Positions 25,106-34,704 of a stretch of DNA of 44,171 bases are shown piece after piece; position 1 is the stretch's first letter, and each line of letters begins with the position of its first letter. The DNA lies in IMG/VR virus record IMGVR_UViG_3300027819_000002, positions 1-44,171 of that record. The stretch is one strand, 5' to 3'. This stretch comes from a virus (lineage: Duplodnaviria > Caudoviricetes). The position numbers were made by a program, and so were the translations under genes. The notes under the pieces are model-generated. The model did no database searches. It saw only the letters and a program-made list of their open reading frames with translations, and was not told the DNA's origin.

Positions 25106-27024
25106 TGCATCATCTGTGGTGCTTGTGCACCAGATTGATTGAACATTAAATCGCCGGGTGTGGCTGGACTTGCTGACGGTGAAGCACTTTTCTTGCCACC
25201 CGGCTTTTCACCACCAGCCGCGCCGGCAGCCGCTTGCATCATCGCCATTTGTTTCATCACTTGCATCCCAGCCAAGATTCCCTGCTTTCCTCTCACATCG
25301 GAAGCCGCAACAATCGCTTCATCGGGGATCATTAAACCAATGGAACGCATATTCAGAAGGTCGTAGAATTGTCTATTTCTCTCTGAGGGACTATATGGCA
25401 CGTTGTCAATCATTACATCATATCTTCCAACTGTTACGTCGTTTAGGGAGTCGGTATTGATCTTGATAATCTTCGCACCCTCTTCGATGCTGACCATTCC
25501 CATTTGAATTGCTTGTTGCATTTCGGGTGGGATGAATTTCTGCGTGTAATCTCCCAAGATTCTGAATCTCTTGGGTTCTGTATAAAACTGCTGAATCATT
25601 GAAACGACTATCTGAGCCAAAAGCTGTCTTGACAGAAGATAGTTGTCGAAAAATACGCTGATAATAGTTTCGCTTGGACCCTTGAGTTCTTGAAGCCCTC
25701 TTCCGCTTTTAACCCCCTCGGGAACAATCCCTAATGACGCATCGCCAAGTCCGGTAATCTCTTTCATGTCTTGGACGGCGGTTTGTTCCATACCGATAAT
25801 AGCTGGCAGGGCCGTTAAATCTGATGGAGCAGGAAGGATAGACCCCTGCAACTGTCCCGGTAGAGCGTTGGTTTCGATAATCGTCGGCTTGGAGTATTCC
25901 TTGCGGGCGTCCTCGATGTTATCGAAAAGATTCTTGGTCGTAAGAATCGTTCCCTTCGGAGATTTGTTGAGAATGTCAATAATAACAGACCGTCTTTTAT
26001 TCTTCTCCATCTGAGCGTCAATTAGGTCTTGTACAACGCCCGTAATGCGCCCCATTGTCATATCGCCAAACCAGCCCACAATGTCATGCTTGCCGTGTTT
26101 ATACTTACTCAATCCGTCTTCGAGGATGACATTCCCGCAAACAGTCGTTACGCGGATTCTCTTTATTCTTTGAGTGATTTTCTCGAAGGGAATCTGCTCT
26201 ACGGGAACAGACGGGTCGAGTTCGATAAGCTCTCCCGTCATTGGATTCTTTACAAATGTTACCGTTACATACTCCCTCTTTTGATACCTAAGAACAGTGA
26301 ACTTGCCTTCCTGTTTGTCGTAATAATCGTCAAGTGTGAGACTCCCACCTTCGGGCAGGTAGTCGTCCCCCGCCAATGGAGTGTCTTGGTCTTTTCCTTC
26401 GTAAAGTCCTTTTATTTTCTCTGCAAGTTCGGGTTTCCATTCGATCAAATCCTCCTTAGACATTGGAAGGACTTCGATAATCCCCTTCCTGTCGAGGAGA
26501 TCGTATCTTTCGCCCTTACCAATAAGGTAAATCTTGAACGGGTTCACATAGGAAATCTCAATCTCTCCAAGCGGGTCAAGTTCATTATTCCACTCGGCCT
26601 TTACAAAACCCCTCCCGCAGATAATCATATCTTTAAGAGCTTGGGCGATGGAGAGTTTGTCGGCATGGTTCAAGTCGTAAACGTATTTTCTTAGGTCTCC
26701 TAAAATCTCGGCAATCATCGGGTCGGCCACATCGTCTCTGGGGATGACCCTTTCCTCTACTCGCATTTGGATTGAATTGCCGAAGATTCTGCGGACAAAC
26801 TTCCTTATCTCGTTGAAAGACAGAGTGGGTCTGTCTCCCATCTTCTCCCGCCATCCAGTTTCCCACTGTCCCAATTTACCATCTACCCAGTTGTTGTAAT
26901 ACTCAAAGCACTTCTTCCAAACCTCGCGCTCGTCAGAATCGGCAACGCGGGCCTTGTGGTAGAGGCGGGTAATCTCTACTGCTCTTTGGGTTTCAGTTAC
27001 TTCGTCTGTTTGGACTTCGTTCAT
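25102..27024 (-). CDS. Portal protein (P22-like)
   Basis: GQW...RPTLSFNEI, DMIICGRGF, GVVQDLIDAQMEKNKRRS, SGRG, VGRYDV; follows TerL. Confidence 0.9.
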   Translation of the reverse strand: MNEVQTDEVTETQRAVEITRLYHKARVADSDEREVWKKCFEYYNNWVDGKLGQWETGWREKMGDRPTLSFNEIRKFVRRIFGNSIQMRVEERVIPRDDVADPMIAEILGDLRKYVYDLNHADKLSIAQALKDMIICGRGFVKAEWNNELDPLGEIEISYVNPFKIYLIGKGERYDLLDRKGIIEVLPMSKEDLIEWKPELAEKIKGLYEGKDQDTPLAGDDYLPEGGSLTLDDYYDKQEGKFTVLRYQKREYVTVTFVKNPMTGELIELDPSVPVEQIPFEKITQRIKRIRVTTVCGNVILEDGLSKYKHGKHDIVGWFGDMTMGRITGVVQDLIDAQMEKNKRRSVIIDILNKSPKGTILTTKNLFDNIEDARKEYSKPTIIETNALPGQLQGSILPAPSDLTALPAIIGMEQTAVQDMKEITGLGDASLGIVPEGVKSGRGLQELKGPSETIISVFFDNYLLSRQLLAQIVVSMIQQFYTEPKRFRILGDYTQKFIPPEMQQAIQMGMVSIEEGAKIIKINTDSLNDVTVGRYDVMIDNVPYSPSERNRQFYDLLNMRSIGLMIPDEAIVAASDVRGKQGILAGMQVMKQMAMMQAAAGAAGGEKPGGKKSASPSASPATPGDLMFNQSGAQAPQMMQ

Positions 27025-28367
27025 GCGGCCATAAAGTGTTGAGCTTCGGTGGAGGACTCTCTCTCAATCCCGTAATCTCTCATGTAGTCTTTTTTCTTTG
27101 CCGCGAGTTCAGGCGTTTCGTAAACATAAATTGTCATGTATCTAAGAGCGTCCATACAGTGATCGAGCTTCTTTAGCGGCTTCTCTGGTGAGTCTTGTTT
27201 AGCCGTTGGTCTCAGGTCTTTCCATCTGTAAGTCTGAGCCTCTGTTCTGGTGTTTTCACACTTACGGAACATTCTGAGCTTTGATTTTCCGTTAACGACT
27301 TTGAGGTATTCTTGGACGTGGTTGATTCCAGCCCGTACATCGTTGTTGGCCGGAGCGAAGTAAATTCCAGCATCCGCAAATTCGTCAATAACGCTTCTTC
27401 CAGTAACGCCGTTTCTATTTTTGCAACTTGGGTCAATGAGGAACTGTTGGATTTTTTGTTTATTGTTCTTTGCCTTGATCGCTGTGGCAATTTCCGAGAC
27501 AAGCATCCCTGAGGCATAAAGCTCGTCGTAGATGTAAAGATTGCCTTCAAAATCTACCGCACCCCAGAGAACGCAAGTTGGGTTTCTATATCCATGATCC
27601 AAGGCGACGAATCTGTACCAGCCTTTGGGTATTTCAAACTCCTCAACAACGTGCGGAGGTGCATCCTTAAAGTCTTTGTAGATAAGCCCTTCAAAGGATT
27701 CCCTTGAACCAAAGACGTATCGTTTAAGCCACTCTTGGGGAAATTGCTTTTCGAGATTCGCAATGTACCCATCTGGAAGATGCATGTTTTCATAACTCGT
27801 CATCTTTACCGCAAAATGGTCTGTAGTCGGTCTTGCCCAAAAGTCCTGCCATATCCAATCTCTACCCTCTGGATTGGTAGTGATAAAGCCTGTATGCCTG
27901 AATCCTTTACGCCTCAAACGTCCGATAAGACCAAGCCACATTTCCCGCGTAATTTCGGAACCCTCGTCTATCCAGAACCAACCGAGATTGAGAGATTTGA
28001 TCTTATCAAAAGAATCTTCTAATGCACGAAAAAGAATTTGGCTGTTATTGTAGAGTGTTAAAACTCCCTCAACCTTGTTCCATTTCCGCACCAATGGGGA
28101 AGCTACAAACGGCATTTCCTTACCGTCAATCTCAACGGGAAAATCTAAGAGTTCTTTACTCGTAGTGTCCCTAAGTTCTGGATAGGTCGCTCGCCCGACG
28201 AGTCCCAGATTTGAAGCCTTTCCAGTGGACAGTAAAATTGATTCCGCCGCTCCAATAGTTGTCTTCCCAGAACCCATGCCACCATCCACTAAACGAAAAC
28301 TTGCTGGTGAGGCGTGGAACTGTGCGCCCTTTTCAAGTGGGTCGTATATGAGCCTTGATGCACTCAT
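27021..28367 (-). CDS. terL: Terminase large subunit
   Basis: Walker A GGMGSGKT, Walker B WFWIDE, TTNP, nuclease ALDHGY and DHCMDALRY. Confidence 0.95.
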   Translation of the reverse strand: MSASRLIYDPLEKGAQFHASPASFRLVDGGMGSGKTTIGAAESILLSTGKASNLGLVGRATYPELRDTTSKELLDFPVEIDGKEMPFVASPLVRKWNKVEGVLTLYNNSQILFRALEDSFDKIKSLNLGWFWIDEGSEITREMWLGLIGRLRRKGFRHTGFITTNPEGRDWIWQDFWARPTTDHFAVKMTSYENMHLPDGYIANLEKQFPQEWLKRYVFGSRESFEGLIYKDFKDAPPHVVEEFEIPKGWYRFVALDHGYRNPTCVLWGAVDFEGNLYIYDELYASGMLVSEIATAIKAKNNKQKIQQFLIDPSCKNRNGVTGRSVIDEFADAGIYFAPANNDVRAGINHVQEYLKVVNGKSKLRMFRKCENTRTEAQTYRWKDLRPTAKQDSPEKPLKKLDHCMDALRYMTIYVYETPELAAKKKDYMRDYGIERESSTEAQHFMAA

Positions 28368-28561
28368 AGCCACTCCGTTGAACCGCACTTGGGACATACC
28401 AAAGTCTCGTTATTCCAAGGCGTTCTCAAACACTTTGCACAAGATTTATCTTTAGGATTTACCACTTCGTTATACATTGTCATTGAGGGGACCAACTTCC
28501 CATCGTGCTTTCGAGCCTTCACGTAGTAATGCGCTCCGTGTCTGCCGTGAACACCCATCAT
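28364..28561 (-). CDS. Small zinc-ribbon protein
   Basis: CAKC...CPKCGS; stop overlaps the TerL start. Confidence 0.55.
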   Translation of the reverse strand: MMGVHGRHGAHYYVKARKHDGKLVPSMTMYNEVVNPKDKSCAKCLRTPWNNETLVCPKCGSTEWL

Positions 28562-28593
28562 TCCTGTTTGTGCCGGGGAAATATGGTCTGAAT

Positions 28594-28965
28594 CTACGAG
28601 GCTCGTCTTAATATCCCTTCAAGTTTCCGTCTCTGTTCCAACAGTGTTAATCCTGTATCTGTGAGAACGTCTGTTACGGTTTTGACTAAAATTCCTTGTT
28701 TGTCAACGCTCTGATTCTGTTTTCTTTCGAGGTCTCCCACGTGAAAGGAGATTTTGTTTTGGAGTTCAGTTCTAAGGCTGGCAATTTCCATCAAAATCTT
28801 GGAGTTCAAATCTACCCGTGCTTCAACGATCTCGCCCTCAAGGTTAGACCGCGCATCAGACAGGTCAACCCCCGACTGAGAGACTTCGCTTTGGAGTAAG
28901 TCAATCTCATCATTGGAATTACGAGAGAACCGGTCGAATAGTCTTTGGAAGAATTTCTTTACCAT
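28594..28965 (-). CDS. Coiled-coil hypothetical protein
   Basis: Heptad-rich, 123 aa. Confidence 0.6.
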   Translation of the reverse strand: MVKKFFQRLFDRFSRNSNDEIDLLQSEVSQSGVDLSDARSNLEGEIVEARVDLNSKILMEIASLRTELQNKISFHVGDLERKQNQSVDKQGILVKTVTDVLTDTGLTLLEQRRKLEGILRRAS

Positions 28966-29786
28966 TTTTTCGTCAATTTGCTGTGGGTATCCTGTTTATA
29001 TCCCACATTGGGAGAAAATCTTGGGATAGGGCTAAATACGGCGGTAAGGGCAACGTCTTGTCCAGTCATGTTAAATGTCCCCGCTTCAATTCCCAACGAA
29101 TACGCTCCATAATTCCAATACAGAAGGTCAACATCTTGTCCCGTTAGATTGTATTGTCCGGCAAGCACCTGCATTACTCTACGCGCTACAAGCGCAAGGT
29201 CGTTTCCCGTTAACGAGTAGACCCCCGCATCGGCCAGCATCCTTCTTGCGGCGGCCAGAATAACGCCCTGACCTGAAAGAACGTAAGAACCTAATCCGAC
29301 AACTATGTTTCTCGTAGCTTTAAGGGCTACGTCTTGTCCGGCGATACTAAAAGAACCAACTACTACCGGGACTTTCCAACCCGCTCTTAAACCAACATCT
29401 TGTCCAGAGAAAGAATAAGAACCTGCTCCTATCGCGAGTTTTCTTATTGCTCTGAGTGTTACATCTTGACCTGAAAGAACAAATGAACCGTTTGAAACAC
29501 CTACAACTCTACCAACCTTTAAGCCAACGCTTTGTCCTGTAAGTGAAAATGCTCCGGCATCAATGATAAGTGAGTAAGATTGTCCGCCTGCTTGGGCTGC
29601 ATTAAAGGCAAGTTCTGGGAGAGTCCAATGTGTTTCCGTCCACGCGGAAGCCGCCGCATCGAATGCAGACCCCTCACCGGCTGGGAGGCCAAACCAACCC
29701 CACGATTTTTCGGTTGGTGCGGCAACAAACTGTTGCCCAACGGAAGTTGGCGTGGAATCATTAAGAAGCCAGTTGTTCTCAGCCAC
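28959..29786 (-). CDS. Fibre-like protein with about eight 22-aa repeats
   Basis: Repeat unit GxF/YxLT/SGQDVxL. Confidence 0.75.
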   Translation of the reverse strand: MAENNWLLNDSTPTSVGQQFVAAPTEKSWGWFGLPAGEGSAFDAAASAWTETHWTLPELAFNAAQAGGQSYSLIIDAGAFSLTGQSVGLKVGRVVGVSNGSFVLSGQDVTLRAIRKLAIGAGSYSFSGQDVGLRAGWKVPVVVGSFSIAGQDVALKATRNIVVGLGSYVLSGQGVILAAARRMLADAGVYSLTGNDLALVARRVMQVLAGQYNLTGQDVDLLYWNYGAYSLGIEAGTFNMTGQDVALTAVFSPIPRFSPNVGYKQDTHSKLTKKW

Positions 29787-29788
29787 AT

Positions 29789-30466
29789 TTATTCAAACTC
29801 CTCCCAGCATATATCCACCGACCACCTCCGGTTAGCCGTTGTGCTCGCATCGGCAGACCAAAAAGCAACCCCTTCGCCCGCGAGCAAAATAATCTGTTCA
29901 TCCTCCGGCGGGTCCCATTCTTGAGTCCCCGCCGGGATCATGTTCGCTTGAATTGTTGCACTTGTAGCGGTTGGGTTTATACTGGGGAAATCGGATTTAA
30001 TCATGGCCCCAAGAGTAACCGTAAGCCCTGTTACGGCAGTTCTAAAATTCCCCACAGCCGCCGCGTCAGTAGAAATTCGTTTAGCTGGGGTAATAAGCGT
30101 CCCTGATCCCACTCCGGTAAAAGTGAACAGAGACATTGCTTGTCGTGGAACGGTTACATCAACCGCGCTTGTTACCGTAAACTGTGTTTGAGTAAATGTC
30201 CTTCGGAGAGCTACCTTTACTGCCGAACCCACTGGATTATAAAACCAACCATATCCAGTCGCGGTTACGTTATGCGCTGCCGTTGGGAATGCAATAGTCC
30301 CCGATGTGGCATAATAAACACCAAGAACAGACCGCTTTGAGGTCGGAATGAAATAGTGCTCATGCACGGTATCTGCCCCGACCACACGGGTTTGGGTGCG
30401 GACTTTCTTGCCGGTGTTCCCGGTGTCTAATGGAAGAATTACTTTATCCGCTATCGGTGCTGCCAT
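29789..30466 (-). CDS. Virion beta-sandwich protein (paralog of 30937-31590)
   Basis: FYNPVGSAV...ILLAGEGV...ICWEE. Confidence 0.7.
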   Translation of the reverse strand: MAAPIADKVILPLDTGNTGKKVRTQTRVVGADTVHEHYFIPTSKRSVLGVYYATSGTIAFPTAAHNVTATGYGWFYNPVGSAVKVALRRTFTQTQFTVTSAVDVTVPRQAMSLFTFTGVGSGTLITPAKRISTDAAAVGNFRTAVTGLTVTLGAMIKSDFPSINPTATSATIQANMIPAGTQEWDPPEDEQIILLAGEGVAFWSADASTTANRRWSVDICWEEFE

Positions 30467-30467
30467 A

Positions 30468-30887
30468 TTAAGTCGTTGTTAAGATTCCCGTTGCCGCGCT
30501 TGCATCCCAAGTAAAAGTCTCTGTATCGTTTAGTGTAATTGAGCTTCCGTAATCGTGCCAACAAATGAGCGGCCCTGCTGCCGGGGTAGAGTTGTAGAGA
30601 ACCGCATATCTAAACGGGCCAATCTGACCGCCGGAAGCCGTAAAAACCACGTCAGCCAAAACCAGTTTATACACACCAGCCGTATGACCTGAGGAAGTAA
30701 TCGCTGGTGCAGTTCCACCCGCCGCATAACCGAACTGAGCAGTAATCTCGACAAGATTAGCAAGGACCGTATTTGTGACTACTGGCGCGGTATTGGTCAG
30801 CATTACCTTCATAACGTCCGCGCTAAGGTTATGAACCTTGTGATGAACGTCCTGAACGAATACTTGAAATTTATTGAAGGTGGCCAT
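30468..30887 (-). CDS. Conserved phage structural (fibre-associated) protein
   Basis: MATFNKF...KVMLTNTAP...GYAAGG...GPFRYAVLYN...DYGSSITL. Confidence 0.7.
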   Translation of the reverse strand: MATFNKFQVFVQDVHHKVHNLSADVMKVMLTNTAPVVTNTVLANLVEITAQFGYAAGGTAPAITSSGHTAGVYKLVLADVVFTASGGQIGPFRYAVLYNSTPAAGPLICWHDYGSSITLNDTETFTWDASAATGILTTT

Positions 30888-30936
30888 TAGACCTCATAGT
30901 GATTGGGGGAATCTCTCGATGCCCCCAACCTTAAAA

Positions 30937-31590
30937 CTACGCAGGAACCTCTTCCCACACGATTGAAGCCGCGAGGGTAATCAATACCGCGATATTACCG
31001 GCGAAGAAAATGCCTCCGCCCTGAGGAACAACCAACGTGCCGTCAAAGTCGTACTTACCTTCGAAGAATACGTTTGTTGCATCCGCAGCAGTTGTAACCA
31101 ACTGGTTAATACCGAGTTGCATCAACAGACCCGGAGCCACGGTCGTAATAGCAGCCGACATGAAAATCCCCTTTGCCGGAGGGCCAAAGAGATTGCAATT
31201 AACCGGTGTCGTGGTTGTTGCGGCTGTTACACCTTTGCCACCGGTAGCGATAACCCCACCACCAGCCGTAATGTAACCAAGAGCAAAACTACCGGCCGCG
31301 CCCGTTGTTGAGACATAGCCGATATTTAGCCTGACGGGAACAAGGTTGACTCCCGATCCCGCCGGATTCAAAAGACCGCATTGCTGGGTTGTATTGGAAT
31401 AAATCGGAACAACCGCGCCAGCCGCGGCCTGATTGCCTACAAACAGGTTTCCCCTGGAAGCCTGAGTGTAATACTTGCCGTGTAGCTCAGAGACGATAGC
31501 GTCCCCCTGCCTTCCGCCAAGCTGTTTTTGAACGCTACCATCAGCAAAAGATATTACCGATGGCGCGCCTACAACTACTTCTTGAGTCAT
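30937..31590 (-). CDS. Virion beta-sandwich protein
   Basis: LLNPAGSGV...LVVPQG...IVWEEVP; AAGGAG RBS. Confidence 0.7.
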   Translation of the reverse strand: MTQEVVVGAPSVISFADGSVQKQLGGRQGDAIVSELHGKYYTQASRGNLFVGNQAAAGAVVPIYSNTTQQCGLLNPAGSGVNLVPVRLNIGYVSTTGAAGSFALGYITAGGGVIATGGKGVTAATTTTPVNCNLFGPPAKGIFMSAAITTVAPGLLMQLGINQLVTTAADATNVFFEGKYDFDGTLVVPQGGGIFFAGNIAVLITLAASIVWEEVPA

Positions 31591-31602
31591 GATGACTCTC
31601 CT

Positions 31603-31896
31603 TTAAAAAATGTTGGATAATTCGTTGCGAATTGATTCCGGGTCGTCTTTCACATTTAACCCCTGACTCAGGTAGTATGTATTGACCTTCAATTCGGTTA
31701 AGATTTGACTTAACGCCTCTAAAATACCAGCGTTTACAGTGTTCTTGAACTCTTCCTCTGTAAGTGGCTGGTCTCCGCGTTCCCATTTGCGAGAATCGCG
31801 GTTGAAATATAAGACTCCTTTGAGATAGGTCGCAGCGTGCTCGTTTACTAAAAGCTCCCGCTCAACCTTGTCAACGCTTTCTGGTATTCTTGCCAT
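31603..31896 (-). CDS. Hypothetical protein
   Basis: 97 aa; LSQILTELK helix. Confidence 0.65.
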   Translation of the reverse strand: MARIPESVDKVERELLVNEHAATYLKGVLYFNRDSRKWERGDQPLTEEEFKNTVNAGILEALSQILTELKVNTYYLSQGLNVKDDPESIRNELSNIF

Positions 31897-31906
31897 TGTG
31901 ATTTCC

Positions 31907-32092
31907 TTAGATTGGTTTTAATGGTGAAAATTGACCGAAATGATGCTTTTGTAGCGGATGCTGTTTCGATCTCTTCCAACGTCTCTCTTGTGCTTTAGAT
32001 GCCCGTCTGATGGGTTTGGGAGCTTGAATACTTGAAATCTCGTCCGGTATCTCCTTGTGAAATAACCTCTTAATCCTCTCAAGAAATCTCAA
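31907..32092 (-). CDS. Small basic hypothetical protein
   Basis: Operon packing. Confidence 0.5.
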   Translation of the reverse strand: MRFLERIKRLFHKEIPDEISSIQAPKPIRRASKAQERRWKRSKQHPLQKHHFGQFSPLKPI

Positions 32093-32322
32093 TTTACCGT
32101 CTCCGGTGTTATATGTACCGTAACCGAATTGTCCGAAGGATCAGCCTCTAAAAACATTCCGTCCAGTCTTATAGCGGGAAGTATTGAAATCCTTACTTTA
32201 CCACCACTATTAGAGGCTAAACTGAATAAAATCTCATACATTAACTTGAATTGCTGTTCAATCGTTACGTTCATCTGGCTAATACCGTGAAAAAAACCAC
32301 CAAAAAGAGTACCCCCATACAA
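32089..32322 (-). CDS. Hypothetical protein
   Basis: Operon packing; start uncertain. Confidence 0.45.
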   Translation of the reverse strand: MYGGTLFGGFFHGISQMNVTIEQQFKLMYEILFSLASNSGGKVRISILPAIRLDGMFLEADPSDNSVTVHITPETVN

Positions 32323-32648
32323 AATCCAAATACCATCGGATGCTTAAACTCTAGGGTAGGTCTAACCGTCCTCCAATACCAATACTCAGTCAACATTTTT
32401 ACTCCCGCTATCCATTCCTAAATTTGGGAAAAGATGTTAAACTGCCGGATATCACCCTACCCTCCGGGGCAAAGTAGTTACTCATCCAACCCCTCCGGCC
32501 TGTTTGGCAACACCCCCTCCATGCCCTGTTGTGTGCAGTTGTATCGCATGGGTGAAGCAACCGCATTTGGGGTGCTTAAACATTGGGTTTCTCGTGAGCG
32601 CCCTCTTGTGGTTTCGGGGTGTTCTCTTCCAATTCATTGGTGTTCTTG

Positions 32649-33155
32649 CTATGCTCCTTCCTCCGCGGGCGCCGGGAGCGCTTGCACCTCTTTTGCCTTG
32701 TCAAGCCCATGTTCGTTCATCGGCCTGGTTACATTCGCTACTAAATTGATCGTTCCTATGGTCCCAGAATGCTCCACCTGATCGCCGTAAATGCTGCGCC
32801 TGTATGCCTTTAAGACCGGAAAGGCGTAACCCACCATGCCGGGCTTCATACAAGTTGTGACTACGTGAGATTCCAGCTTGTCAAGTACTTTATCTTGTAT
32901 ATTAAGCCAAAGAGTGTGAAAGGCTTCATCCTGTGATCGCCATAAGAAGGCGGCTTGACGTGTCACTCCTACCGTTTTGCAGGCTTTGCTTATGTCGGGC
33001 CAACATTTAGAGAGGGATTGAAGGAAGGCCTCTTTACGATCCTCCATTCTTTCACTACGGAAGGTTTTTTCTTTTTCGAGGTTCTTTATACTGTTCGGAT
33101 GTGGTGTTCTTACGAGTTCAAAAGCTTGATCTACAATGCTTTGTGGCGCGTTCAT
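32649..33155 (-). CDS. terS: Terminase small subunit (HTH)
   Basis: KEAFL...ISKACKTVGVTRQ..WR..DEAF; YGDQVEHSG; first gene of the packaging operon. Confidence 0.8.
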   Translation of the reverse strand: MNAPQSIVDQAFELVRTPHPNSIKNLEKEKTFRSERMEDRKEAFLQSLSKCWPDISKACKTVGVTRQAAFLWRSQDEAFHTLWLNIQDKVLDKLESHVVTTCMKPGMVGYAFPVLKAYRRSIYGDQVEHSGTIGTINLVANVTRPMNEHGLDKAKEVQALPAPAEEGA

Positions 33156-33315
33156 TCGTTGTGGGTCCCTGGAAGATTAGATGGGCTTTGCGGCGTTCTT
33201 TCGGCTCTTACGTAAGTTGTTTTAGGGTTAAGTCCTATTCGTACGCCGCGCGGCTCAATGTATAAGACTTACAGCAACCGCGTAATGTTGCGCGGTATCA
33301 ATTCAATGCAAGAAC

Positions 33316-33344
33316 AATATAGACAATCATTAGTCGTTTGTCAA
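33316..33344 (-). promoter_or_regulatory. sigma70-type promoter for the packaging/structural operon
   Basis: TTGACA-N17-TATATT on the - strand. Confidence 0.7.
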
Positions 33345-33565
33345 GTCTTTTTTACCGATTCACGAAAATAATTACCGATTATTCTATAAGTCCTTGTCTT
33401 TGTTTGTCTTATGGTCAAAGATTTATTTTCAGCGCGGTTATATTTACTATTGTAATTCCTTCAAACCCTTGTTTTACTCTGTTTTCCATGTTTTCACTCA
33501 TGGCACAGTATCTGTATAAGGATGCGTATGCAACACACAAACCAATTATAGGGAGGAAACACTAA

Positions 33566-33994
33566 ATGATAAACTCGTTCAACAAAAAAACACCACAAGC
33601 CGTAAAGGACGCACTTCTTGACGCACAAGCCCGAAACGTGCGTGTTCAGCTTTGGCTTGGAGATACAAAAACAGGCAAGTTGTGGCTTGAAGAACACGAC
33701 ATTTTCGGACGCATTAGCAACTCCACAGGCCCGCAAAAGGTTGCTATCCTGATAAACAACTCTCGAAGCACGGGCGGAGGAGCGATACTCGATCATTGCA
33801 TTTTGAAAATACAGGAAACGGTATCAAAACGCGTACTATACGCGAATCCAAAGCGCAAACTACCAAATATGGAAATACGCGCTTCTGATTTGCCCGAATA
33901 TCGAAAAGCCGTTTATGTCAATGGAGAACTTCAAGCACGATTCAAAACAGAGAAAAGTGCGCGACGATATGTAAATATATTTTCCACACTCTAA
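33566..33994 (+). CDS. Conserved early phage hypothetical protein
   Basis: GGAGG RBS; GDTKTGK.WLEE.D..G.I..STG motif. Confidence 0.75.
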   Translation: MINSFNKKTPQAVKDALLDAQARNVRVQLWLGDTKTGKLWLEEHDIFGRISNSTGPQKVAILINNSRSTGGGAILDHCILKIQETVSKRVLYANPKRKLPNMEIRASDLPEYRKAVYVNGELQARFKTEKSARRYVNIFSTL

Positions 33995-34004
33995 CCCTTA
34001 ACCC

Positions 34005-34116
34005 CGTTTCTGTCAATGGAAACGATAACCAATATACTTATTCGCCCGGTGCAATTCAAGCGCCTCTCTTACCTCCTGAGGCTCATTGACAGCTTGAATC
34101 TGTACCGGGCTTTTTT
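34005..34116 (+). ncRNA. Pseudoknotted structured RNA ending in an intrinsic terminator
   Basis: Hairpin 34005-34024; long stem 34044-34110 followed by T6; upstream loop complementary to a bulge; anti-SD apical loop. Confidence 0.55.
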
Positions 34117-34130
34117 ATTAAGGTGAAACG

Positions 34131-34328
34131 ATGGAAAAGCAAGCGATTAAAACACAAGGACAGGTAAGGGCTGCGTTTTGGGCGGCGTTCCCGGACTTCA
34201 AACGGATTATCGGCAAGAGGCAAAATGAATATTGCGCTAACATCCGCATGAGTTTTGTTGACTTTGTTGATGACTTACAACGCAACGGCTTTATATCAAA
34301 AGAACTTGCACAACGTATTACACTCTAA
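34131..34328 (+). CDS. Early hypothetical protein
   Basis: AAGGTG RBS; FVDFVDDLQRNG.IS..LA.RITL. Confidence 0.7.
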   Translation: MEKQAIKTQGQVRAAFWAAFPDFKRIIGKRQNEYCANIRMSFVDFVDDLQRNGFISKELAQRITL

Positions 34329-34350
34329 ACCAATAAAGGAGGGCTTCACA

Positions 34351-34671
34351 ATGTCAATCAAAATGCGTCAAGAAGTCGAAAAGAAAATTGCTTCAGCATT
34401 GATTGAGGACGGACTGAAAGCCGGTTATTTGATCGGCGTTGACAATGGCGGGGATGAAATGGAATTGAAGCCCTGCAACGACAAGGAAACAATTTTAAAA
34501 GCCATGTTTTTAACGGACGAGGAACACTTGATTTTCGATAAAGACGGCAAGCAGACCGGCTGGGTGTTCTTTGTTTATGGAAATGATGGCTGGGACGTTA
34601 TCTCTGACTACTCGGTCAACCTTGAACACGTAATGACCGGCGCAAACAAAGTTTCAAAGCATTATCAGTAA
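34351..34671 (+). CDS. Early hypothetical protein
   Basis: AAGGAGG RBS; GWVFFVYGNDGWDVISDY. Confidence 0.75.
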   Translation: MSIKMRQEVEKKIASALIEDGLKAGYLIGVDNGGDEMELKPCNDKETILKAMFLTDEEHLIFDKDGKQTGWVFFVYGNDGWDVISDYSVNLEHVMTGANKVSKHYQ

Positions 34672-34704
34672 TTCACTTTCACTTATTTGAAGGAGTGCAA
34701 AGCA

